From Planctomycetota bacterium (GTDB lineage Bacteria > Planctomycetota > MHYJ01 > WSZJ01): a DNA stretch of 64,000 nt. The notes below the pieces were generated by a model. It ran no database searches. It saw nothing but the letters and a program-made list of their open reading frames with translations, and was not told where the DNA came from. Shown here in pieces: positions 8,924 through 17,053 of the stretch. Each line of letters begins with the position of its first letter. The first letter of the stretch is position 1. The stretch lies in contig JBBTCT010000020.1 of assembly GCA_038060895.1 (NCBI GenBank), forward strand, positions 32,001-96,000, read 5' to 3'. The position numbers were made by a program, and so were the translations under genes.

Positions 8924-10135
8924 TTATTTCTCCGGTTCAGGAGGAGTTAGGGAAAGGTCTTCCGACCTTGGAAGCGCGCCGCGCAGGTTCCTGGGCAGGG
9001 ATTCCACGATCCTTGTTCTCCATTCCGCGACGCCGATGGGCTTGTCGATGTCGCGAAGTGCGTATTCGACCGTGATGCGATCCCTGCCCCCGGCCAGGAT
9101 CAGCCCGATGGTCGGCGCGTCGGACTCGTGCCGCATCCGGTCGTCCACCAAGGAGAGATGGAAGTTCAGCTTGCCGGCATGTTCCGGCTCGAAGTCCCCG
9201 GTCTTGAGGTCGACGACGATGAAGCAGCGGAGCTTGAGGTGATAGAAGAGAAGGTCGATGGTATAGGTCTTGCCCGCGAGGTCGAACGTGACTTGCCGGC
9301 CCACGAAGGCGAAGCCGATACCGAGTTCCAGAAGCAGCTTCTGGACGTGATCGATCAGGCCTTTCTCGAGTTCTCGTTCTTTCGCGTCTCCCGAAAGCGT
9401 CAGGAAGTCGAAGTTGTAGGGATCCTTGAGGAGTTGCTGCGCCAGATCGGACTGAGGTGAGGGCAACGTCTGGGCAAAGTTGGTTATGGCCTTGCCTTCA
9501 CGGTCATGAAGGCGCGACTCGATCTGATACTGCAGGATCGCGCGCGACCAGCCGTGCTCGAGGGCCCTTCGGGCGTACCAGGACCGGATCTCTGGATCCT
9601 TGAGCTTCGTAAGCAGCGAAAGGTTATGCCCCCACGGCAATTGTCTAACAGGCTGTTGGACTATTTCGAGATCGGGCCATGCCTCGGCAAAGGCTCTCAT
9701 GAAAAGGAGGTTGGCCCGGGAGAAGCCGCGCATGTCCGGGAACTCCTTGCGAAGATCCTTGGCGAGCCGATCGACGACTTTGGATCCCCACCCTTCCGCG
9801 CGCTGCGAAAGAAGGATGCTTCGCTCGATGCTCCAGTGCAGCATGACCAATTCCGTGTTAACGGCCGTCGCAGCCTTGATTTGCGCGATGCGAACGCGGG
9901 ACTTGAGGTCCGCGAGAAGAGGGCCGTAGCCCGGTGGAAGAGCCGGTGGAGGATGCGGGCTCGGTGGCAAGAGGACGCCCTCTTCGCTGAACTCCCGCCT
10001 GCGCAAGCGGGTCAGTGAAAAGCAGGCCGCCGAGGTTGCCGGGTAGGATGAGGCGGGCGGCTGCGTTCGAAGGGCGCGAGAACCTGCAGGAAAATTCCGG
10101 GTTTGCCTCACTTCAAGGTGCCCGCAGGTGGTCAT
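8924..10135 (-). CDS. yhcG: YhcG/DUF1016 PDDEXK nuclease-domain protein (true start probably near 9980 or downstream)
   Basis: WGSKVVDRLAKDL, GFSRANL, LPWGHN, HGWSR, KDPYNFDFL, LLELGIGFAFVGRQ, IDLLFYHLKLRC, GKLNFHL, VEYAL. Confidence 0.92.
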   Translation of the reverse strand: MTTCGHLEVRQTRNFPAGSRALRTQPPASSYPATSAACFSLTRLRRREFSEEGVLLPPSPHPPPALPPGYGPLLADLKSRVRIAQIKAATAVNTELVMLHWSIERSILLSQRAEGWGSKVVDRLAKDLRKEFPDMRGFSRANLLFMRAFAEAWPDLEIVQQPVRQLPWGHNLSLLTKLKDPEIRSWYARRALEHGWSRAILQYQIESRLHDREGKAITNFAQTLPSPQSDLAQQLLKDPYNFDFLTLSGDAKERELEKGLIDHVQKLLLELGIGFAFVGRQVTFDLAGKTYTIDLLFYHLKLRCFIVVDLKTGDFEPEHAGKLNFHLSLVDDRMRHESDAPTIGLILAGGRDRITVEYALRDIDKPIGVAEWRTRIVESLPRNLRGALPRSEDLSLTPPEPEK

Positions 10136-10225
10136 CCAAATATTAGCCTATGTTTGTATTATGTCAAGTTATATTTAGTAATATGTTGCATTCTTCCTTG
10201 ACTCGAACTGTGACTTCCAACGGGC

Positions 10226-10324
10226 GCTTCCCCACGTCCATCCTCGGCGTCGCCATCCACATCGCCGTGGCTTCCATCAGCAGCTCGCCCGACAACCAGC
10301 CGCGCTGGAACGCGAATCGTGGCG
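10226..10324 (-). pseudogene. Direct repeat copy B: remnant of a kinase-gene 5' end with its start codon deleted
   Basis: Encodes AFQRGWLSGELLMEATAMWMATPRMDVGK versus AFQRGWLSRERLMEATAMWMATPSMDVGK in paralog 1; lacks the 49 bp between two CGCGA microhomologies. Confidence 0.85.
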
Positions 10325-10360
10325 GTGATCCACCGCTTCGAGGAAGTACATTGGAAGCGC

Positions 10361-11767
10361 ATGGGCATCCTCCTGAACGACGTGCATTCCCGCCTGAACC
10401 CCACCGAAGTGGCGAGCGTGCGCACGCCGGGTTCGGAGGACGAAGTGTGCGCGATCGTGGCCGAGGCTCGCCGGACGGGCGCCCGGATCTCGGTGAGCGG
10501 CGGGCGTCACTCGATGGGCGGGCAGCAGTTCGGGGCGGGCACGATTCACGTCGACTGTCGCGGGCTGCAGGAGGTCCGCGCGTTCGATGCGGATCGCGGG
10601 CTTCTCGAGATCGGCGCTGGCGCGCTATGGCCGCGGATCATCGACGCGACTTACGAAGCGCAGCCCGGGGAGGTCAAGCGCTGGGGGATCCGCCAGAAGC
10701 AGACTGGGGCCGACGACCTGACGTTGGCCGGAGCCATCTCCGCCAACGCTCACGGCCGCGGCCTGAACATGCAGCCGATCGTCGACGACATCGAGGACGT
10801 CACGGTCGTGACGCCGGCCGGCGACCTCGTGCGGGCGAGCCGAAGCGAAAACCCGGAGCTCTTCTCGCTCGTCGCTGGCGGCTACGGGCTCTTCGGTATC
10901 CTCGTTCGCGCGACGCTACGACTCGGTCCCCGCCTGAAACTGCGCCGCCTGGTCGACATCGTGGACATCGACGACGCGATGACCGCCGTGGGCCGCAAGG
11001 TCGACGACGGATGCCTCTTCGGCGACTTCCAGTACGCGATCGACCCCAACGACGACTCGTTCCTGCGGCGGGGGGTTTTCACCTGCTACAAACCCGTGCC
11101 CGCGGAAACGCCGATCTCAGAAGCGGGCGCCGACCTGCGCCGCGAGGACTGGCTGGGCCTGCTGCGCCTCGCCCACACGAACAAGCCCGAGGCCTTCCGC
11201 CTCTACGCCCGGCACTACCTCGACACGCACGGGCGCATCTACTGGTCCGACACGATGCAGCGCTCGACGTACATCCCGACGTACGCGGAGTTCCTTGCGG
11301 AAGCGCTCGGCCGCGAGAGCCCGGAGTCGCTGATGATCACCGAGCTGTACGTCCCTCCCGAGGGCGTCGTCCCGTTCATGGGCCGCGCCCGCGCCGTCCT
11401 TCGGGCGACCGGCGTCGAGGACATCTACGGCACGATCCGCGCAATCCGCCGCGACACGTCGTCGTTCCTGCCGTGGGCCCGCGGCGACTGGGCCTGCGTG
11501 ATCTTCAACCTCCGCACCCCCCACACCCCCGAGGGCATCGACCGTAGCCGCCGCACCGCGCGCGGCCTGATCAACGCCGCGGCCGACCTCGGCGGCTCTT
11601 TCTTCCTCGCCTACCACCGCTGGACGACCCGCGAACTGCTCCTCCGCTGCCACCCGCGCCTCCCGGAATTCCTGGCCGCGAAGCGCCGCCTCGATCCCGA
11701 CGACCGGCTCGTCAGCGACTGGCTGCGAGGCATCCGTGAAATCCTGGAACCGGGCGCCCCGGCATGA
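10361..11767 (+). CDS. FAD-binding oxidoreductase (FAD_binding_4, DprE1/aldonolactone oxidase-like)
   Basis: GGRHSMGGQQF, TLAGAISANAHGRG, GGYGLFG, GGSFFLAYH; ATG 10361 preferred as start. Confidence 0.9.
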   Translation: MGILLNDVHSRLNPTEVASVRTPGSEDEVCAIVAEARRTGARISVSGGRHSMGGQQFGAGTIHVDCRGLQEVRAFDADRGLLEIGAGALWPRIIDATYEAQPGEVKRWGIRQKQTGADDLTLAGAISANAHGRGLNMQPIVDDIEDVTVVTPAGDLVRASRSENPELFSLVAGGYGLFGILVRATLRLGPRLKLRRLVDIVDIDDAMTAVGRKVDDGCLFGDFQYAIDPNDDSFLRRGVFTCYKPVPAETPISEAGADLRREDWLGLLRLAHTNKPEAFRLYARHYLDTHGRIYWSDTMQRSTYIPTYAEFLAEALGRESPESLMITELYVPPEGVVPFMGRARAVLRATGVEDIYGTIRAIRRDTSSFLPWARGDWACVIFNLRTPHTPEGIDRSRRTARGLINAAADLGGSFFLAYHRWTTRELLLRCHPRLPEFLAAKRRLDPDDRLVSDWLRGIREILEPGAPA

Positions 11768-12651
11768 AATCCGGCGAGCCCAGCGCCACCGCGAGGCTCA
11801 TCGCCGCCGCGACGATCTATTCTTCGATTCGCACAGACCAATCCGCGCTCGTTCCAAAGGAAGCGGCCACCTGGTGCGAACGCCTCCTCGCCGCGTCACC
11901 GGGCGGCCGCCGATGGCTCAAGTCCGTGCGCAGCCCGGTGGACCGGGCGTTTTTCTCCCTGATCGAGAAGTTCACGCTCCCGGGCATCACGCGCCACTAT
12001 CAGCTCCGCAAACGCTGGATCGAGCGCGCCTGGAAGCAGGCGCTCGACCTCGGCTTCCGCCAACTCCTCGTCCTCGGCGCAGGCCTGGACACGCTGACGC
12101 TCCGCGAGGCCGAACGCGACCCCACCCTCCGCCTCGTCGAGGTCGATCACCCCGCGACGCAGACGGTGAAGCAGCAAGCGTTTCAATTGCACGGCCTGAC
12201 GGGACGTGTCCGCCTCGTCCCGGCCGATCTCTCGCTCACCTCCCTGGCGGAGGCGCTCGCGGGCAACCTGGAACTCGACAAGCCCATGTTCGTCGTCGCG
12301 GAAGGCCTGCTCATGTACCTCGACGAGTCGCGCGTCCGCGCGCTCATGAGAGCCGTGGCGGAACTGCCCGTGCCCCGGGTCCAATTCGCGATGACCCACA
12401 TGGATGGCCCCGCCGGCTTCACGCCCCACAGCCGCCTCGTCGACCTCTGGCTGCGCTTCCGCAGCGAGCCGTTCCGCTGGTCGGCGTCGGACGCCGAAGT
12501 ACGCGCGATGCTGGAACAATGCGGCTGGCGCGTGATGCGGCAGGTTCGGGGGGAGGAGATTGCGCGAGAACTGGGTCTTTCGGAGGCGCGGGAGCTGAAG
12601 GGGGAGAACATCGCGCTGGCGGAAAAAAGCGCCAACGAGCTCAAATCGTGA
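11764..12651 (+). CDS. SAM-dependent methyltransferase (LCM/Ppm1-like)
   Basis: QLLVLGAGLDT, EVDHPATQ, VAEGLLMYL, EPFRW; ATGA overlap with the upstream gene. Confidence 0.92.
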   Translation: MKSGEPSATARLIAAATIYSSIRTDQSALVPKEAATWCERLLAASPGGRRWLKSVRSPVDRAFFSLIEKFTLPGITRHYQLRKRWIERAWKQALDLGFRQLLVLGAGLDTLTLREAERDPTLRLVEVDHPATQTVKQQAFQLHGLTGRVRLVPADLSLTSLAEALAGNLELDKPMFVVAEGLLMYLDESRVRALMRAVAELPVPRVQFAMTHMDGPAGFTPHSRLVDLWLRFRSEPFRWSASDAEVRAMLEQCGWRVMRQVRGEEIARELGLSEARELKGENIALAEKSANELKS

Positions 12652-12708
12652 TGGTCGGGCTCCTGGCTGAAGTGAGTGGTTTGCTCTCTGGGAAGCGACG
12701 GGGATATC

Positions 12709-13191
12709 ATGACGGTCATGACGACACCTCCCGTGCGCTGCGAGTCTTGCGGACAGAATCAGGGAACGGTGCGTGTGGCCCACATCGAGTACGAGAAAGT
12801 GGAGCACGAGCGCCTTCTCTGCCACGACTGCGCCGTCAAGGAGGGAGTGCTCGGAAGAGCCCGCTCGCGAACTTTCGAAGAACTGGCAGGCACTCTCAAG
12901 GACATCGAGAAGCTCCTCGCATTCATGAAGCGCAATCACGCCTCCGAGCTGCGAATCGTTGCCGACGCCCGGCCTTCGTTCCAGGTCAACGGTTCATGGG
13001 TTTCCGTCGGGAATCGCCCTCTCTCCGACGGCGAAATCCGCAGAATGTTCGCTGAAGTGAAAGCGGCTGACCCCTTCGTCGCCGGCACGGATGTCTCCGT
13101 GTCCTGCACCGTGCCCAGCTACGGAACCTTCCTTGTCCGCGCGTCTCTCGTCGACGGCAAGCCGGGGTTCTCGGCTGTACCCCAGCCGTGA
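12709..13191 (+). CDS. McsA-like Cys4 zinc finger fused to a PilT N-terminal-like domain (no ATPase)
   Basis: CESC...LCHDCA followed by IEKLLAFMKRNHASELRIVADARPSFQVNG...PLSDGEI...YGTFLV, which resembles the PilT N-domain pattern LL..M....ASDLH...P..R..G. Confidence 0.7.
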   Translation: MTVMTTPPVRCESCGQNQGTVRVAHIEYEKVEHERLLCHDCAVKEGVLGRARSRTFEELAGTLKDIEKLLAFMKRNHASELRIVADARPSFQVNGSWVSVGNRPLSDGEIRRMFAEVKAADPFVAGTDVSVSCTVPSYGTFLVRASLVDGKPGFSAVPQP

Positions 13192-13339
13192 CGGCGCTTC
13201 ACCGCTTCCCAACGCGGAGCTTCGTCAGACGCGTCCAGCCCGAAACCCGCGGCGGCAAGGCGGTTCCATTCTTCCCGAACGTAGGACGACCGTCCGCCGC
13301 GGAGGCGAATTCAGCGTTCCTATGAGCAGCGTGCTTCCA

Positions 13340-13549
13340 CTAAGACTCGCGTACGACTTCGGAATGGACAATGGTCTCGGCCGCGAAACTAGTGAGATCA
13401 AGGTCACGCGCACCGCGGCCCTGCGACACGAGGCCGCGCCGGTACCATTCGACGGCGGAAGCGAGCCGGACATCCGCCGCGAATTCGTCCGCGGTGCGGT
13501 GCACGGTCTTCAGGATGTCCTCAGGAAACCGAACCGCTAGCTCGGACAC
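13340..13549 (-). pseudogene. UPF0175-family putative antitoxin with an aberrant C-terminus
   Basis: AGGAGG RBS then GTG; MSELAVRFPEDILKTVHRTADEFAADVRLASAVEWYRRGLVSQGRGA, after which the sequence diverges from the family pattern. Confidence 0.7.
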
Positions 13550-13621
13550 TTGATCCTCCTGGTGAACGGCTGCTGCATTCTTGCAGACTCCAGACTTCCG
13601 CCGGATGCGCCCCCCGCCCTC

Positions 13622-13869
13622 GGGTGCATGGCCGGACTTGCGGGGGGCAACACGGCAGGGGCATCGGGACGAAGGGCTGGGGCCGGGGTGGGGCTCGGGC
13701 GGGGGCGGCGCAGCAGACGGGCGTGGAATCACGGGCTCGTCCCATTCCTGCCTGTCTCCCCGCCCGATCACGAGCGTTGGCCCAAGCCCAAGCCCCAGCC
13801 CACCCCGGCCCCAGCCCGCGCTCGCCCCATCCCCTGTCGTTTTTCCACCGCACATCCGGCCATGCACCC
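13622..13869. repeat. ~250-bp imperfect inverted repeat (rod-like hairpin)
   Basis: Perfect arms 13622-13636/13855-13869 (15 bp) and 13674-13692/13799-13817 (19 bp), with imperfect pairing between and inside them. Confidence 0.85.
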
Positions 13870-13893
13870 CCCGCCCTCTCCTGCTTCGCCCTC

Positions 13894-16800
13894 TCAGGAA
13901 GAAAGCGTCGGCGCCACAGCCGAAGAAAGCCGTATCCCGATCGCGCCGTTCACCTCCCGCGTGACCCCGCCGCTCCGGTACATCGCGCGCGCCAGCATGC
14001 CGCTTCGCGCCCAGCTCCCGCCGCGCGTGATGCGGCGGCCGGGAAGCATGTCGTTGGGCTCGTTGAGGCAGCGGTCGCTGGAATTGCCGCCGAGGCCGCG
14101 GACGCCGTAGGGGGACTCGTCGGTCGGGTAGGTAGACACGGGGTATGGGCGGCCGCCCGTGCGATGCGACTGCTGGGAGCTCGCGAACGTCGCTTCCCAG
14201 GTTGAGCCCCACGGGTAGACGCGTCCGTCGGGGCCGCGGACGGATTTCTCCCACTGCTTTTCCGTGGGGAGATGAAAGAGGCGGCCGGCGCGAAGCGAGG
14301 ACCACTTTGAATACACGACGCCGTCCTCCCACGAAATGCCGGTGACGGGCCAGTCTTCCTCCCAGTCGATGGTGGTGTTCGTGAGCTTGGCGACCTGGGC
14401 GCGAACCGCTTCCGGCGCGGCCTTGAGCCAATCGGCGGTCGGCACGGCGTAGCCCTTGGCGGCGTCGAGGGGCCAGTAGAACCCGCTCTTGTCGGCGGCG
14501 CGCGGGACGCGTCGGGCCGCTTCTTCAGGCGCCGTGCGCCGGACGTCATTGAGGTAGTCGGCGTACTCGCGGCAGGTGACGGGGTTGCGGGCGATCAAGA
14601 AGTCGGGAAGCGTCAGGTGCTCGAGGGGGTTGGGGGCGAGGCCGACCTTGTCGCCGCTGTACTTGAATTCCCCGGCAGCGACGGGGAGGAAGCCGGCGGG
14701 GATCTCTTCGGGGGCCCAGAGGGTGAGGTCGAGTTCGATGTCGTGCTGGCGGACGACGACGATGGGGACACGCTGGGGAGCGCGGCCTTCGGCGACGACG
14801 ATGAGGAGCCAGGAGCCCATCGGCCACGGCTGCCTCGGGATCGGGGTGCGTCCGAGGTAGACGCCGCCGCCGCGGGGGCGGAAGGGCGAGCTGCCGAAGA
14901 GCGCGTCGAGAACAGCGCGCGGCACCTGTGTGGCGCCACCGTGAGGGGTCGTGGGTATGAGCAGGCGGTCGAGTTCCTCGTAGCGGAACGCCCAGACTTG
15001 CGCGCCGTTGAGCGGGGCGGGCTTGCAGGAAGCGGAGTGCAGACGCAGGTGGTGGGCCTCGTGAGGTTCGAGCTCGCGGAGGCCGAGGCCGTCGGGCTGG
15101 TCGAGCGAGCGGCCGCTCCAGGGGTGGAGGCCGAGGACGCCGAGTTCGTCGCTGCGGACAAGCCGCCCGTGCGAGAGGCAGCGGCACGGGAAGACGCGCG
15201 TGCGGATCGAAAGCGCTCCGTCGCCACGGAGGCGCGCGTCAAGAACACCGTCATTGAACTGCTCCGCCGTCTGCCGGTTGAGCTGCATGTCTCGTTCGTC
15301 GCCAGCGGATTCGGCCTCCAGGAAGCGCTCCCAGTACATCTCGGCTTTGACTTCGCGGGCCTCGTGGTGGCCGGGGACGTTGGAAAGCGCGGACGCCAGC
15401 GCGGCATCGGCCTCCGTGAACGCCGTGATCGAGTCGCGGTCGAGGGTGCGCGCCCGCTCTTCCATGTCCCACAGCGGTTTCCGGCCCGAAGGACCCTCGT
15501 ACTCGGGAATGCTCTCGTGGAGCCGCATGACCTCGGCGTTCGCGTCGGCCGCTTCTTTCGTGAGCGCGCGCCACCTCGCGACCGCGTCGCGCGCTTTGCC
15601 GACCTGCCCGGCGGCGAGTCCTTCGCGCCGCTCCTTCTCCTTCGTACCTTCGAGGTACGACTCCACGTCCGCCGCGAGCTCGCCCGCCGTTGCAAACCGG
15701 TCCTCCTGCCGGCGCGCCATCGCCTTGAGACAGATCGCCTCGAGTTCCGGCGGGACGTGGGCGCGGGCGGACGGAGGCATGAGCGGGCTGGCGACAACTT
15801 TCTTCACGACCTCCTCCGCCGTCTTCCCCTCATAAGGCGGCCGCCCCACAAGAATCTCGTAGAGGATCGCACCGAGCGAATACACGTCGCTCCTCTCATC
15901 CAGCGACTCCCGGTCTCCCCGCGCCTGCTCCGGCGACATGTAAGCGGGCGTCCCGAGGATCTCTCCCGTCTCCGTCACCGGCCGCGAAGCATCCGCCGCC
16001 GTCATTTTCGCGGCCGACTTCTGCCCCATCCCCATCCCTATCCCCATCCCTCCCGATCCCCCGGCCCGTTCCTCCCCCATCCCCGGCCGTTCGCCCCTGT
16101 CTTTCGCCAACCCCCAATCACAAACCAGCACCTCTCCGAATTCCCCGAGCATCACATTCGCTGGCTTCAGATCCCGGTGAATCACCCCCTTCGAATGCGC
16201 AAACGCCACCGCACGGCACACATCCCGGAACGCTTCCACCAGCCGCCGCAACGTCCACCGCCCGACCGTCGCGCGTCCCTCCTCGTCGTCCTTCGCCCGT
16301 TCGCGAATCACATGATGCATGTCGCGCCCGTAAATGCGCTTCATGCAGAAGTAAATCTCCTTCGACCCCGGCAACGCGCCCACCTCGTGCACCGGGACGA
16401 TGTTCGGGTGCTCCAGCTTTCCCGTGATGCGCGCTTCCCAGCGGAAGCGCTCCAGCGCATCTCCCGGCGCGTTCTCCAGCATGAGTTTCAGTGCAACCGT
16501 CCGGCCAATTTCCGCGTCCGTCGCCTCGATGACGCGCGCGATCCCGCCGCGGCCGATTTCAGGGCCGAGCTGGAAGCGTTCGCCGGGGCCGAGCGGTTCT
16601 GGTGAGAGGTGCGGGTTGGAGCCGCCGGCCTTCGGCATGACGATCGTGTCCATCGACTCGTTGGCCGACGGCTGGTAACCAGCCGGGAGCCCGCGCCCCG
16701 TCGTGCGCGCCATGTGCGCCGAGACGAGCCCCGCAAGGGCTTCGCGCTGTACTTCCGTGATGAAGCGCTTCTCGATCAGCACGTCGCCGAGGTCGCGCTG

Positions 16801-16908
16801 GGGTTTTTCGGCCCAGGTCGCGAGGGCCGCGACCAGCTGCTCCTTGGAGATATAGTTGAGCTGGAGGGCGAGGACACCCGGGAGCAGGCGGGCTTCGCGG
16901 TCGTTCAT
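13894..16908 (-). CDS. Ser/Thr protein kinase with C-terminal FGE-sulfatase domain, paralog 2
   Basis: GRGGIA, HRDLKPANV, DWG, GTPAYMSPEQ; PVTCREY, LPTEKQWEKSVRG, YPWG, DESPYGVRGLGGN, RGGSW, GIR. Confidence 0.93.
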   Translation of the reverse strand: MNDREARLLPGVLALQLNYISKEQLVAALATWAEKPQRDLGDVLIEKRFITEVQREALAGLVSAHMARTTGRGLPAGYQPSANESMDTIVMPKAGGSNPHLSPEPLGPGERFQLGPEIGRGGIARVIEATDAEIGRTVALKLMLENAPGDALERFRWEARITGKLEHPNIVPVHEVGALPGSKEIYFCMKRIYGRDMHHVIRERAKDDEEGRATVGRWTLRRLVEAFRDVCRAVAFAHSKGVIHRDLKPANVMLGEFGEVLVCDWGLAKDRGERPGMGEERAGGSGGMGIGMGMGQKSAAKMTAADASRPVTETGEILGTPAYMSPEQARGDRESLDERSDVYSLGAILYEILVGRPPYEGKTAEEVVKKVVASPLMPPSARAHVPPELEAICLKAMARRQEDRFATAGELAADVESYLEGTKEKERREGLAAGQVGKARDAVARWRALTKEAADANAEVMRLHESIPEYEGPSGRKPLWDMEERARTLDRDSITAFTEADAALASALSNVPGHHEAREVKAEMYWERFLEAESAGDERDMQLNRQTAEQFNDGVLDARLRGDGALSIRTRVFPCRCLSHGRLVRSDELGVLGLHPWSGRSLDQPDGLGLRELEPHEAHHLRLHSASCKPAPLNGAQVWAFRYEELDRLLIPTTPHGGATQVPRAVLDALFGSSPFRPRGGGVYLGRTPIPRQPWPMGSWLLIVVAEGRAPQRVPIVVVRQHDIELDLTLWAPEEIPAGFLPVAAGEFKYSGDKVGLAPNPLEHLTLPDFLIARNPVTCREYADYLNDVRRTAPEEAARRVPRAADKSGFYWPLDAAKGYAVPTADWLKAAPEAVRAQVAKLTNTTIDWEEDWPVTGISWEDGVVYSKWSSLRAGRLFHLPTEKQWEKSVRGPDGRVYPWGSTWEATFASSQQSHRTGGRPYPVSTYPTDESPYGVRGLGGNSSDRCLNEPNDMLPGRRITRGGSWARSGMLARAMYRSGGVTREVNGAIGIRLSSAVAPTLSS

Positions 16909-16936
16909 GGGAGAGAGATTACTTCAATGGTGACGG

Positions 16937-17018
16937 CGGGGTTGGGAGTTTTGAGTTCCGGAGGTTGTGTTCCGGGATCCGGGTTCCGGGTGGGGTCTGG
17001 AGTTTCGAGTTGGGAGTT
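16937..17018 (+). repeat. Degenerate ~7-nt tandem repeats in a divergent intergenic region
   Basis: GGGAGTT TTGAGTT...CCGGGAT CCGGGTT CCGGGTG...GGAGTT TCGAGTT GGGAGTT. Confidence 0.55.
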
Positions 17019-17053
17019 ATAGTAGGGAGCGGGGGGATTGCTGCGGAGCTGGC

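Noticed and set aside
7539-10324. The repeat pair as a DGR TR/VR pair or as prophage att sites
   Set aside because: Mismatches are not adenine-specific, the repeat is at a gene 5' end, and no integrase is present.
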